Source: Marsupella aquatica (taxonomy: Eukaryota > Plantae > Marchantiophyta). From it: a DNA stretch of 64,000 nucleotides. Position 1 is the stretch's first letter; the number at the start of each line of letters is the position of its first letter. The translations under genes and the position numbers were made by a program. Shown here piece by piece: positions 37,801-51,148 of this stretch. The DNA is taken from the NCBI GenBank assembly GCA_973895155.1, contig OZ316892.1:23165168-23229167 (forward strand), written 5' to 3'. A model generated the notes under the pieces. That model searched no databases. It saw only the letters and a program-made list of their open reading frames with translations, and was not told where the DNA came from.

Positions 37801-39773
37801 AATATTTGTTACTTGTTTTTTCTGAATTATCTCTTGACCGTTAGATATTCCTAGATTTACAGATGGTAGTCAGATCCTGGCAAAGACGGCTGTCACTAGG
37901 TGGGAAACTGGCTAATGGGATATAAATAATCTAACAATGTTTTACCAAAAGTGGCAAAAACTTATTGGGGACTTGGAATCTGGCAAAGTTTTGCATCTAA
38001 AAAATAAGTCAGTATAGAGTACCCTTATATCAGTTTGGGTTGAGGGAGGCAAGGTAGGGGCACATAATTTATACCTAAACTGCCAGTGTAAGTGAAGTCC
38101 TGCCCCTATCGCTACTGTTCTTTTGCTTGGATTTTACCACATAAAAGAGGCTCTGGCCCTGTGGATCCTTCCACTGTTCATTTGCCTTGATTTATTGTTG
38201 GCTGAACTTTGTTCAGTTGAAATGACTGGTGCCGACAAGGGCCACATACTGAGTTATCTGCAATCCTAATGGCCCAGAACATATTTTAAACTGTATTGTA
38301 CTGTATTGTCAAAACCATATTGTTCACTCTATAGTGACCATGGCAGGTTTTGGGCCTGGTACCAGAGCTGCCAGTGTAAAAGGAGCACTGCCCCTAACAT
38401 ACCACTGTTCATTTGCCTAGGTGAATAAGAAGCCTACCTCTAGGCTCTACCAAGCTGCACCAAGTTTCCATCATATAACCTTTCTACCCTAATGATTTTT
38501 TGGTGAGTTACTTAGAAAATATGAACTAGTTTTATATACCTTTTTTGGGGTATATCTGAGTTGGTGAGACCTACTGTACGTTTTGAGGCATAGATTGTCA
38601 ACCAATGAATGATACTGATACTGAAACGTCCCTTTCTGTGGGGTTTTTTAATTTTTAATTTTAAAACCATTCCCCAAAATATGAATGTTATAATATTTCT
38701 ACTATAATCTTTTGTATACATGATTGTACTACACAAGCCTGAATGGCCATTCTTTGAATGTTAATAGAGAGAAAATAATGCCAGTTTAAACGGAGCACAA
38801 GAATCAAATAATGTTCATTGTTCCACTTCATGTTTGCACCCATTTGTGTTTTTGGTATTCATTTTCAGTTTTGTCCTTATTAATTTTTGCCTTCACTCTA
38901 AGAGTGTAGAGCCCAACTCTAGCTTATGTTCATGCTTTAGGCTTTATAAGTAAAATATACAATGAATACAGACCACAGTTTATCCAAAGTAATTTATACA
39001 GGTATTTGTGGTATTTGCCAGTTATCCTTCTTTGGTGGCTCCCTTGGAAACTTAAACCCTTCCTTGTATATGTGTACAAGGTTATGAGGCATTACCCCTG
39101 GAAGTCACATAACCCCTGGGCCAGCCTGGCTTTGGGATTATAAAATTTGAATGAGAAATAGAATGAAATGCAAGTGTCATACAGTGAGAGATCAAACTTT
39201 CCTTATATAAAATTGAACTGAAACTGAAACTGTGTAAAAATTCACTCAGACGCACTTGGGGATAATGGTTGTAACCAACCCCCTCAGGCTCAGCACCCTC
39301 CGGGATTTCAGCCCATTATCCGCTCTTGGGGATGGGTTACCCTACACTTAAAGCCCAGTAGAGAAACTTAAACTTCGTTAGTAGAGCTGGCTTGAGAATC
39401 TTGCCTCCATAGCCTGGTGTAGCTCTGACTGGGTGATATAGTGTCAACAAGATAGCTCTTAGCTGGTCGAGACCCACACTGTCTATATATCTCTGAGAAT
39501 CTCTGAGTCTCAGTTCTAGCAATTGGGTCGGCTCCATCCGGTACCTTTCAACAGAAACAGTTAGACTCGTCTCGATCCGGTTGTTCCCATTATTCGATCA
39601 GATCACGACCGACAGCAATATATATGTAGTGTTCTCAGTATATGGAATTGGACCAGACACTATTTGTGAAGAACTCAGCTCGTTCCTGTGAAACCTGTCT
39701 GTGAAACAACATTGTGAATTGAAAGCGTCAAGAGTTTAGGCAGAGAGAGGTCTCTCAGAGAAATTTCGAAATC

Positions 39774-40101
39774 ATGGTATCTCGAACGTCACGTGAAATT
39801 CTGGGTTGGCTGAGTAGCATGCTGTTACTCTTGCTAGTCAGCACCATGCTCTTGCAGCAGGTGGAGCTAGTGAGTGCAGGGTGTGCGAACATTCGGACCA
39901 CCCTGAAGAGCTGCCAAGCTGCTGTGGAGGGAGACAGCCCTCCGCCACCAACTGAAGAGTGCTGCAACATTCTCAAGGACAGCGTGGGCTGCTTGTGCGA
40001 GGCGATTGCAGATGGCTTCTTGAAGGATATTAACAAGCAGGCTGCCTCCATGTTGCCATCAAAGTGCAAGATTGCCATCCCTCCTGGCTTCAACTGCGCA
40101 G
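39774..40101 (+). CDS. Non-specific lipid transfer protein (8-Cys motif, type D/G-like), exon 1; terminal exon unresolved
   Basis: Hydrophobic signal peptide; C-X9-C-X15-CC-X8-CXC-X22-C-X9-C; donor GTATGT exactly 4 nt after the last Cys codon, the intron position typical of type D/G nsLTPs; TATATAT at ~39619. Confidence 0.9.
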
Positions 40102-41456
40102 GTATGTGCATACTATGATCTATCTGATACAGGTCCAGGTTGTTCCAACCCGGAGTCCAAAGAAAACTTGCTAATCGGTCTGTCCATCATGCCCCATGGA
40201 GGTCTGCATTGTAACGATTAAAAAGTTGTATGATCGAGTGAGTAATGACTTTTTGAAGGAGGAACGGATTCAAACTGAATTGTGGATATATGATTGAGCA
40301 CTAATTGCACTAGACCATATGCTGCTTGATAGGAAGTTCAACAGAGGAAAGGATGTTGTGCAATACTTGGCTATCCGTATCCTTCTCTCGAACCGGAACA
40401 TGACTGTGGTGACACTGACATTCGGTTGAAAGTTAGGTAGTCGAATTTTAAGCAGACTATCACGCCAAGAAATGTCCGTTTGACTGTTTCTTGGGGAAAT
40501 CATTCTACCCGTGTCCATGTATCCGGCCGCAGAGAGACTCATTAATGTAGTTTGATTTGACAGTTGTACTGGGAAGGATTGGCTTTGCCCTATTGAAACG
40601 TGGAATATCCCTGCTGCTGCTTGGCGATCAATCGTGATTGCCAAGACGCCTTTGTGTTCTTGCATTGGTCACTTCATGAGAATGACCTGCAAAGTAGTTA
40701 GTCAGCGCTTCCTGCAAGTAAATCACACAATGCCATGTCATTACGGACATTCTGCTAGAGTTCTAGCGTGCACTTGAGTCTCGAGATTTGAGGCCAAATC
40801 AAACGAAGTGACCATGCTTATCTGGAGGTCACTCAAATCTCGCAAGAAATCTCGACTAAAATGAATCTGGAACGACGGAACTATACATATCGCCATTTCA
40901 GCGTTTGCAAGATGTTTCCTAACTTTGAGCCTACGGTGAGATGTGGGCTTGGAGATGACCATGCTCCTTGGAGAGCATTTCTAGGAGTGGGCCTCGTCCA
41001 TAATGGAAAACATCCGTCTTGGACGAGCTTCCCAGCAGCAGACAGCTACGCATGCATAACGACTCGACGCTAACTTACCCTCCCGTAAGTGCTAGCTGGT
41101 GCAAGTTCCTCTCATGCAATTAATTTGTGGGAAGGGTTAGCAATGAGTCTGGAGCCAAGTTGTATAGCAGAACCTGTTCTGCACAAAGAATAGATTGAAT
41201 AAAGGCTCTACAAGTGCAAAACATTAGTCCAATCGAAGAACGTGTTAAGTGACATGCGACCACCAGTCAGGTACGTCGGGAGTTGTCCTACTGTCAGGGT
41301 TCAAGACGACAGTGAAGTCCATTGTGCTCTGAATCCAAATTTCAGAATTCTTGAAAGGTACATGAGTCGAAGAGTTAGTCCTCATGCACGGGTATTACCA
41401 TGAGTGCTCTCGTACTAGGCGCTCTAATAACTGCGAAGCACATTTACACGGGAGGG

Positions 41457-42063
41457 CCCGGTTTGAGCTGTAGGACAACTTGTCATTTGTCGCCCGAAAA
41501 TGACCCTATTTGTCCAATATTCCTTCTTATGCTCCGGCCCGGCCCATTCCCTCCCCGACTCTTCCCGGCCCCTTCCATTCCCGGCTCGGTCCGGCACCCG
41601 GCTCGGCCCGGTCCCTCCCCGGCCCGGCCCCGCATCCCGCCCGGCCCCGCACCCGGCCCGGCCTCACAAACACTAGGTGAGGGCGGGCCGAGTGCGGGGC
41701 CGGGCAGGATGCGGGGACGGGGCCGGGAAGGGGCAGGGCCGGGAATGGGAGGGGCCGGGCCGGGAAGGGGCAGGGCCGGGAAGGGAAGGGACCGGGCCGG
41801 GAAGGGGAAGGGACCAGGCCAGCCACATATACACAGGCCGGGAGAGGGGTGCCGATTCCAAATACACGAGCCGGGCCGGGATTTTCTGGTCGCGACGGGC
41901 CGGGCCGGGCCGGGCCGGGACGGAACCGGGTAACATTCCAGGGATAGTAGCCGGGCCGGGAATTACCGGCCGGGAGCCGGACCAGGGACCGGGGTGGACC
42001 GGGTGACAACTTGTCGGTTGTCGAGTCCAAAGGCCTCTATTTGTCGGACAAGTCCAAACCGGG
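41457..42063. mobile_element. GC-rich fold-back MITE-like element
   Basis: Termini CCCGGTTTG...CAAACCGGG; near-identical 8-bp flanks CGGGAGGG (41449-41456) / CAGGAGGG (42064-42071); interior is an array of CCCGGCC on the left and GGCCGGG on the right; GACAACTTGTC near both ends. Confidence 0.7.
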
Positions 42064-45000
42064 CAGGAGGGTGACTTCAAGGGTAGAGTAATAATTGTGA
42101 CTGAATTTCGTAAAACTCAATTCAAAATGTGGGTTCAAGAATTATGGGCAGCAGGCAGGCACTCGCTTTCTTAATGAAGGCTGACTTTGTTAGGTATAAT
42201 AAGCGTGCGTCGAGTTTTGACAATGACGACCATAACCACCATAACGAAGCTTTTATTGTAAAAGTACTGAAGTGGTTGTGCTCTGTGTCTCTTCTCCAAA
42301 GCCCACGAGGAGTTTCCCATTCCAGGCGATGGTTACGGAAGTAAGGATTCTCTGTACCTCGATCCTGAGCTCTCTCTCTCCAGTATGAGTGTACGACAGG
42401 AACGTTTTTCATTTGTCTAGTGGTTAATCTCATGCCGTGAGCCTCTGTTGGCTTCTAGGGTCTGAATTCGAGACGAGTTTATTGAGAAATAGACAAGTGA
42501 AATATGCCATGGGCCAGTCACATCACCCAGTGTCCCTCCCAGACAGACCAGTGAGTTCGAGTAAACCACGAGTCAAACGAATTTTAACTGTGCTCTCTGC
42601 TTTCTACGTGCAGGCAAATACTGAATGGCCCCGTTCCTACTAGTGCGGTGCAACAACGCAAACAATACTTGATCGGCGGAGATTACGTTGTTAGTAATGT
42701 AGCTTAGGGTCAGAAAATCTTTAAGTAGAAACCCATGACTAGAGGGCTGCTAAAATTGAAGAATGATAGCTCATACAAATTTCTGATACCGGATTTTACA
42801 GTTTGGTGAATTTCTGCACTCGTCCGCTTGGCAAACTTTGACGGTAGTTTGATACGAAGTAAGCCTATTCCGCCGCTCCTTGTTACGGTTCGTTCCCTCC
42901 TGGGAAATTCCGACGAGTGAAGTGTCACGCTTTTAATTTAGGCTCATGTGTCCATTGGTACTACGACGAGAACTAAATGACTTTAAAGATTTCCAGGGTT
43001 TACGAGATTTCCAAACATCTGGAAAACTATGTGCGTCCTAGAATTTTTAGAAACCACTAAATATTGCCCGATTCCTAATTTCTGCTGACCCCAGATTTCA
43101 GCTGCATCGCCTTACAAGAAGAAGCCTGTCATTAAAATCGAGTTCTCAAATTAAACTCGCACGTACAGTTCTGGCTGCTAACGACTCCAAGAACTGTGCA
43201 AAAGACACTAAGACATTAAGAATGTTTGGGTGTCTATTCGGCCTACGCAGAACCTGGACACATCTTGTAGTATGGGCCCTGGTTTCAACCAAGAACCAAA
43301 CGTCCTGATGGGAAATCTAGCACGTCACAGAAAAGGTTTTCCCCATCTACAAAAAGGTAGTCGGTTGGACACAATACCCATCTCAGGAGGAGCTCAGACA
43401 AGGCCGAAGTCGCCCACTCTAAATGAATGTCCGACTCTGCAGAGAATCAACTCCCTCCAAGCTTGTTACTCTTTCCTCAAAAGGTAACTCAGCTTGTTCG
43501 TCCGTCTTGCAAGCTGTGTATCCGACTTCACATCGAGATGGGCATTAAGATTTCTAAACCCAAGATACAATCTATATTAGTATCTTCCTCGATACTTATG
43601 TCAGTCCAAAAGAATGCCGAACGTTAAAAAATGGCATCGTAACACCCTTAGTATGGCGTTGCATACAGCAATGAAAGCTAACCGCACACATAACCCAAGC
43701 TACAGGAGTTTTTTCTAAAAACTGCCGCTCAGACAGTGAGGACTGCTCTAAGGACGGTCGCTCACTAGATCAGGATGACACAGCAGGCTCCAATTCATGC
43801 GGATATATACGCTCGGTACATGGCATCAGTACCACAAACCAAGAAACTGTTGACCCGGTGCAGTGTGCCGTAATGCTTCCTCCAGCCTTAAGCCTTGGCT
43901 ATGGTATAGGAGTTGCATCGCGGCTCTGAAGGGAGAGCCATGTCTAGACTTGGGTCATGGCAGACTCAGTGCGGTAGGTGGAACCCCCTGTTCTTGCAAT
44001 CTTCTGATTTGGAGTAGAGACGAAAATCCATATGATCCCAGATATAGGCTCGGAGATAAATAGGCAAATCTGCTTAGACAAGGCAGACTAACGTAGTACA
44101 TTAAAACAGAATATCTACCATTAAACTGCTATAATTGCCTTGCCCTTTCGAATCTTTATCACAACCGGCATACGTCTCGTAAACCCTTCTTGGTCAACTC
44201 CGCGGCCATCGTCATTGACAAACAAGACTAAGAAGAGAACTTAAGAGATTGGATATTTTTTAAACATGCCTCGAAGGACTGATAAAATTCTTCTGCTGCT
44301 GCTGTCATTCCACAATCCCTTCATCGCAATTCACAAGGAGATTTCTAAATATAAACAAGAGATATATGAAAGTGCCAAAATGTTAGCACACTCCATCATC
44401 CTTCCATGTACAACGGCTTGACCAACACATTGTGGAGGTCATCATAAAACTTCACCCCACGAGAGGTCTGAATCGAACAACTGCTGAAGGCGTAAGAGGC
44501 ATACTTAGCCAGGACACAGCCACATTAAGTTGTGTGAGTCTATTTACACCCGTATAGTAAACCACGAGAGACTGTCGAAACGAACCAGGATGAAAATGTG
44601 TCTATCCAATTTACACTATACCTTGACCTAAGAGCCATTTGGGAAATCAAGAGTCATCCCACAATCTTCCAGCATCCAAACTATCAGGAATTATGCTGAA
44701 GATACCAAAATTGCTTTCGTTCGTGATCACTGGGTCTTCTGGCGATCATCACAACAGGCCCTTTGGCTCGCCGCTTGACTCCCAGCCCTTTAGTGACACT
44801 GACGAGCTACACACTACAACGATATCAACTTCAAAGCTCCACCCATGCAGAGCAGATTTGTTCAGAATCTTCCACATAGCCCCACTAACAAATCACATTC
44901 CTGCTATGGTACCACCTTGGTCACTAAACAGAGGGTTCAGAGAATTTTGACCTTGCCCTAAGTACTGATAAGTTAACTAAACCCATTTCTCCAGGGCCAA

Positions 45001-45329
45001 TATGGCCTTGTAAGGGACATCGAATTCACATATAACTTGTTGCTTCTGGTATCCAAGCTTGCATTTGAAGAAAGCAAAACAATTAAAACTCTTCTTTGCA
45101 CTTTCTCTCAGAATCTATGGCGTAAATACTTGTAATGTAGCCACAACGGCAGCTAGAACTGCCGTACAGTCAAGAGAAAGGAAATCAAAATGGGTCCATT
45201 TAAAACCTAGCAAGCATTTTGTTGAGAAAGAACTGCTCACGCTAGGCAGCAAACCGCAGACAACGCCGGACATGTACAATTCATGAGGAGAACTTTCTCA
45301 CCGCAAAAGTTTCACACTATTGACTCTAG

Positions 45330-47720
45330 CTATCGCTCAATCTTCCTATCGGCAACCATCCGCCGCCTTTTGCCGAAGTCTTCATCACGTGATCGAGGAC
45401 GCTCCTCCTCATCTATAGCTGCAGATCTTACTTTCTCCCTCCCTCTGGGTACTCTCTCCCTTTCGGACCAATCCTTATCCTTCTCGCGTCCCTGCTCTCG
45501 ATCCCAATACTCATCTCTAGTTCCCCTTTCTCTGTGCCGTTCTCCAGCCCATTCACCCTCTCCGCGGTCTTCTCGTCGCCTACGATCTACTCCCGTCCAT
45601 TCTCCCTCGACCATCCTGTCCCGTTCTCTGGGTGGACCTACGCGAAGCCGATCAGGACCCATCTCACCAGGATATCCATAATCCGGCCCACCCATTTCAT
45701 CACCATAAACCATTCGCCTCTCGTGTTCATCTCCAGCCCAACCAGGCATGGGTCCCTCCCCCCATCCACCTGCAGGTCCGTCCATTCCAATTCCTGGCCC
45801 GTTTCCATTACCCCTTCCAAAAAAAGCCGGATTAACATGAGGAGCAACTCCAGGTAGCCCTGGTCCCATGTTAGGGAAAGGAGGCCCCATACCAGGCCCT
45901 ACACCAAAGGGACCACGAGGACCGAAACCTCCTCCAGGCCCTCCAGGACCCATTCCATAGCCTCCTCGTCCCCCCATGGGAGGCCCAAACCCAGGATCAA
46001 ATCCTCCTCCCATCATCGCCTGCGGAGGTATCATACCACCAGGACCTCCACCCATAGGCCCTGGAGGTCCTTGACCAAAGTGAGCACCTCCTGCGCCTCC
46101 TCTACCACCAATGTTCCCTCCTCTACCTCTGCCAGGGCCTCTCCCACGGCCTTCAGGACCTCCACCCCGCCCTCCCATCGGCATTTTTTCTCTTCCACTG
46201 TAACCCCTGCCACCATCCCCCATTTGAGAGCCTACAGCTCCTCTCCCTCCAGCCCCGGACTCTCCCCTTCCTCTTCCCAGGCCACCTGCTTGTCCATGCT
46301 GAGATTGAATTTGATTCTTCCCCACCTGGGCAGCACCCATTTGTTTGATGGTTTGAGGGGAGGCAAAAGCGACGACACACGGTCGGTCATTGAAGATACG
46401 TCCATCCATCTTCTCTTTGCACACACGTGCTGCGCCAGCCTCATAAAACTCCACTTGGCAATAGCCCTTCGATCTCCCGCTCGCCTTCTCCTCGAAAAAT
46501 TTCAGATTCTTCACACGCCCATACTCAGAGAGTGCCGCCTCTAATTCTGCATCTGTGGTCCACCAATGGAGCTCCCCAACAAAAAGCATGATTCCTCCCG
46601 ACTCGTGCTGATGTGAAGATCCTCCGTGCTTTGCCATGTAATCGCTTGCGGTGCTGCTTGGTGTCTCTCTATTTGCCGCCGGAGGAGCCGACATGGCTGC
46701 AACAGAAGCGGGAGGCCCAGACCCTACAGCTCCAACTCTCCCAACGAGAGGTGCTGCTGGCCAAGAACCGGATGCTCCACCGTCGCTACGAACGCCCCCC
46801 TTTCCAGTCCCTCCTTCGCTACTCGCAGGCCCAGCCCCATTGGCCCACCCTGCACTCTTCCTGCCTCCTTTATCACCAGCTGCTTTTCCAAGTTGAGACT
46901 CCGTTCTCTGTTGCTCCCCCTCGATTTTGGGTTTCTGCAGTGCAATGACTGCTCCTACTCTGCCGACCGGAGTGTCCTCTTCAACATAATCTCTCTCCTC
47001 GCTCTTTACGACTGGGGCCCCTACCCCTGCTGACCCAGTGGCTGCTCTAGCGGCATAATCACCCGGTCTGTTGCTCCCCTCAACGATTTCTGCCTGTTTA
47101 GAACGTCCAACGCTAGGTGCTTCAGCTTCCTCTAATCCCACTGGACCTGCTGCCCCTTCCTCCCCGTGCAAATCCTCATCCTCCAGAATGATGTCTTCTT
47201 CCTCCACATCTCCAACTTCTTCTTCCTTCGATTGCTGCTGGTCGAGGGTAACCTCAGCTGCCGTGAGGTCTTCATCTTCTCCATAATCTCCAGGCTCTTC
47301 ATAATTCCCTCCGTCAGTTTTCGACCTCACATTCCTCCCGCTTTCAGCCAATTCTGGTTGCTCCCTGTCTCCATCATATTCTTGACCCTCTGCGGGGTAG
47401 CTCTCGTCTTCGACTTCCCTCGTCCTGCCCCCTGTTCTCTCATACTCCTCGGCGTATTCCTCTTCCCCGTAGTCTTCTACCCCGTTCTCCCCGCTATTCG
47501 GATACCCTCCTGCTGCCTGAGCACCACTGGCACCCTCCGTGCTTTCGAAAAAGCCGACGTCCACGTCCTGATACAGGTCCTCGTAGTCTTCCTCCTCTTC
47601 CATCTCGTCCTCGGCGAGAGCTGCGATGGCCCCCGTTCCATGCTCGTATCCCTGCCCCGGTTCCGTATAGTCCTCGTCCTCATAGTCAAGCTCATCGTCT
47701 CCATTATCCACGTACGACAT
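45330..47720 (-). CDS. CPSF6: Cleavage factor Im large subunit (CFIm68/59, CPSF6/7-like) RRM protein, single coding exon, 796 aa
   Basis: Acidic N-terminus with GAIAALAEDE..DDYEDLY-like motif; RRM MLFVGELHWWTTDAELE...KFFEEKASGRSKGYCQVEF; G/P-rich region with APHVNPAFF; RE/RD-rich C-terminus. This is the canonical CFIm68 layout. Confidence 0.92.
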   Translation of the reverse strand: MSYVDNGDDELDYEDEDYTEPGQGYEHGTGAIAALAEDEMEEEEDYEDLYQDVDVGFFESTEGASGAQAAGGYPNSGENGVEDYGEEEYAEEYERTGGRTREVEDESYPAEGQEYDGDREQPELAESGRNVRSKTDGGNYEEPGDYGEDEDLTAAEVTLDQQQSKEEEVGDVEEEDIILEDEDLHGEEGAAGPVGLEEAEAPSVGRSKQAEIVEGSNRPGDYAARAATGSAGVGAPVVKSEERDYVEEDTPVGRVGAVIALQKPKIEGEQQRTESQLGKAAGDKGGRKSAGWANGAGPASSEGGTGKGGVRSDGGASGSWPAAPLVGRVGAVGSGPPASVAAMSAPPAANRETPSSTASDYMAKHGGSSHQHESGGIMLFVGELHWWTTDAELEAALSEYGRVKNLKFFEEKASGRSKGYCQVEFYEAGAARVCKEKMDGRIFNDRPCVVAFASPQTIKQMGAAQVGKNQIQSQHGQAGGLGRGRGESGAGGRGAVGSQMGDGGRGYSGREKMPMGGRGGGPEGRGRGPGRGRGGNIGGRGGAGGAHFGQGPPGPMGGGPGGMIPPQAMMGGGFDPGFGPPMGGRGGYGMGPGGPGGGFGPRGPFGVGPGMGPPFPNMGPGLPGVAPHVNPAFFGRGNGNGPGIGMDGPAGGWGEGPMPGWAGDEHERRMVYGDEMGGPDYGYPGEMGPDRLRVGPPRERDRMVEGEWTGVDRRRREDRGEGEWAGERHRERGTRDEYWDREQGREKDKDWSERERVPRGREKVRSAAIDEEERPRSRDEDFGKRRRMVADRKIER

Positions 47721-50359
47721 CTTCGCCTATTACACAAATGTCTGACTTCTCTCCTCACGAACTGAAACGGAAGAAGGCGAAAAGTAGGAAGGTGGTGCAA
47801 GCAAGCAAACACTCTCCTCCTCCTCCTCCACCTTTCCTAGCGTATGCAACAAAACCCTACCGACATCCTTCTTGCCGGAGGAGCCACTCATCAGAGTCGT
47901 GCACCGACTCTGAAATGCAGAACTATACGTGCACACGCAAGCGGCGTCCCTCCTGCTCTTCGCCCTTCACCGATCCGTGAGATCGCACGCAGTGCAGCAG
48001 CAACATCTCCATCCTGCGTGCGATCTCTCCATCTCCCCGAAGCTCAGCCCTAAAACCACCAAAACGTCGAAAATCGAGCTTTCCAGCGACCTCCCTTCCC
48101 AGGAAACCACCACCATGACCGTCTCGATGCTGCGCAGCCGAAGGAAAGGAAACGGAAGACGGAAACGAAACGAAACGGAAGCTTGAGACAGAGAGACGAG
48201 AGCAGACGACGGTGGAAACCAGAGGAGAGAGAGAGAGAGAAGGAGAGAGTTTGACGAGAGGAAAGAGGAGTGGATGTGAGGTTTGGCGATGAACAGGAGG
48301 GAGATGAGGGCAAAGGGCTGGCAAGTTCCACGAGTGACGTCGGCGTACCGCGGTGAGCATCGTCTTTTCTAAATAAAAAAAGTTATCTCAAACGGAAAAA
48401 AGGTTTTTACGCATAGAGTAGTAAAGTGCAGCCACTTTAGGGGGCATTATGGGATTACCTCTAAACCATGTCTATCTATATGTTATAGCATGTTCATCCT
48501 GGAACATGTCTTTTTTTTTGTCTTGTAGTGATATGTCTATAAGTGCAGGATCCCGCGAAGATATCCCAAGCTTACAGTTATTCACATTATGAGACTTCTC
48601 CATATGTGCATATGAATTCGCTTGTGCACTCTCACAAATGTCTGTTTGGTCAGATTCGTGTTGGACTTCTTATCCCAGAATCCTCATAGTGCGCTATTCA
48701 ACTGGAGAAGTGCATGAATATATCATGTGCAGTTGTATGTTGCACGTATCCATAAATGTTTCTAACATGTGCATTATAGTAATTGATTAATGCATCTGTA
48801 TTCTTATAGATGGACATGTTCTTCTATATTTGTGGTTTAGGGAAGGATAACTTGAACTTACAAAAGTTGCATTTTTTGGTGCATTACAAAAAAAAATGTT
48901 TTATTATTGTGTGACTACGGAATGCAGTTATACACAGCAGACTGTACCTTCCTAATCCACATCTTGACTCAAGTATTATTTTTTCCTTCAATGCCCTTGA
49001 AAATACAAATATCTTTCCACGTAGGTGATCCAGATATTGAATCTGGCGATATGCTCCCATGATGCCTTAAATACAAAGGAAAAAATCACTAAGGGCATCA
49101 AGTTTATTACTATCTAGCCTGATTATCCCTTCCTATATAGAGTACAGATAAGAGAAAGAGTAATGCCCAAAAGGGGATTCCATGTTATTTCTTGTTCATC
49201 TTTGTTGCATCCTTCGTTTTTGTGTGCACCTTCACTTTCATTTGTGCCCTCACTTAGAGTTCAGACTCTAGAGATTCACTCTACAGAATAAGTTAGAGAG
49301 GAGCTCTCGATTGTGCTTTGGTATTAGATTGTTTACATAATGCTCTGGAAACAGTACTTTAACACATTGAAAGATATCACAGATTTTGATTTTTATTAGT
49401 TTTAGTAGAAGTAGAAGAGACTCTCCCTAAAGAGGTGATCCAAATCTTGACCTGCCATTTTTCTCCAAAAATGTAGTGAAAAATTATACAAAGGGACCAA
49501 TCATGAAGGGGTATTACAAACATCTACTTTTAGACCTGATAATTCATTTTGTCTCATTTCTCAAGCACCAATTTAACAATATAGATTTCTCATCGTTCGA
49601 GGACCAATATTAACAATATGACATATAGCAGGCGAGTTCTACTATATCACTGTTTTGTTATATTAAAATTCCAATCGTAATGTTGAACAGAGGAGACTAG
49701 GCATTGCTCCTAAATCTGAATCAAGTTAGGGTCTCTCCATGACTCTGAATTGTCATTCTAACAAGTTAGCACAGTGATAGAAGGGCTCAACGGGGCTGGA
49801 AGGTCAAGGATTCTAAACAAGGTCAGCCTACTTTTCCAGAGCCTTGCAATTGGGACTTTATAAAGTGGGATACTCTTGCAACCTGGAAGACACTTGGACG
49901 AATTGATTTGCTATTTACATTTATAGGGTCCTCAACAGGCTTGTATATGGACAATTCATGATTTTCATAGATTTTTTATTGTTCTCAAATGACAATTTGA
50001 ATTTTGATTTACTTTAGTAGCGTTCTCAACAGGTGGGGAAGGCAACATTGGGGCTAAGCAAGCTTCCCCATTCAAAACTAGTATATGACAATCCACTTGG
50101 TTTTCATAGAATGTTGATTTATTCAGTGAAGTTTGATTTTTTATTTAATTTCGTAGGGTTCACTCTTTGCTTTTTACAAATTAGAACCTAAGAGTAAACC
50201 CCTTAAATTTATTTTAGAAAACTAGTTTTATTTACTTGGTAAGATAGTAGGAGAATCTTTCAGATCGAGCCTTGTGAATCAGATATTTAAACTACAACGA
50301 TGCAAGAGGCATCTGTAGGACGTGAATTAGGGTTCTCACATTTAAAGCATACTCTGTTG

Positions 50360-50660
50360 CTAACATAGTTGAGCATGATATAGATAAATGAATAAGTAGT
50401 GTGTGGCTTTCTGGCTAAAACTAGAAGAGCATTGGTCAGATGCTAAAATTAGCTGAGCATGGGTCCGGGTAGTATTAGGCATGCAATCGTCACTAAAACT
50501 ACATCGGCATGGGTTTTCAGGCATATTTGGCCTTTTGGCAATTAGGCAAGCATGGGTAAATTGCTAAGATTAGCAGCGAGATCAGGCTACTACAGGTCTC
50601 CAGCTAGCTATATGGTCATGGGTACATTGCTAAATTCATGAGCACTGGTCAAATGCTCTT
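50360..50660 (+). repeat. Degenerate short tandem array (GCTAAAATTAGC..AGCATGGGT-like units)
   Basis: TGCTAA..TAG and GAGCAT(G/T)GGT recur at ~50358, 50413, 50441, 50550, 50562 and 50628. Confidence 0.5.
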
Positions 50661-50965
50661 GGGCATGATGTGAGTTATTTGTGGTGGCTATTTTGCACCA
50701 TGTTTAATTTGCACAGCATGTAATTTAATTCATTTTAACAGGTTGGATGCTGAATTGACAAGGCAAGTTTATTTTGATGGCAAGGATTGATCTGGACCAT
50801 CCTTTATGTTCCAGCCAATTCCTCCTTATACAAGATGCTCAGACCACTCTAACCATTTAGATATAGTCTTTTCTTTCTAAGACAACTCACATTTTTTGGT
50901 GTAAACAAAAACTTGGTCCATCAGAGTTCTTAGGTTAAACATGATTCTCCTTACTATATTTTTGT

Positions 50966-51148
50966 GAGGGATATGCTTAGTAGACCCCCTTCTGGAAAAG
51001 TTTGCTTAATCAACCCCCTCGACACTTTTCCCCAAATGAATCTGGACCGTTGATGGACCTTTCGATCTCAGATCTGGGCCGTTCATAGACCTCAGGGGGT
51101 CGATCAAGTAACAAGTTTCATTTTGGGGGTAGATCAAGCAAATACCTC
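50966..51148. mobile_element. 183-bp Mutator-type MITE
   Basis: Imperfect TIRs GAGGGATATGCTTAGTAGACCCC / GGGGTAGATCAAGCAAATACCTC; flanking ATATTTTTGT / ATATTTTTTGT ~10-bp TSD; nested internal inverted repeat. Confidence 0.75.

Noticed and set aside
36320-38420. Short local duplications (36320/36701, 37057/37117, 38089/38368); also 26882-26932 and 31406-31478
   Set aside because: Ordinary intergenic micro-duplications or TE debris with no further structure.
41400-42080. Several Gly/Pro/Arg-rich ORFs on both strands
   Set aside because: Artefacts of a stop-poor GC-rich repeat element.
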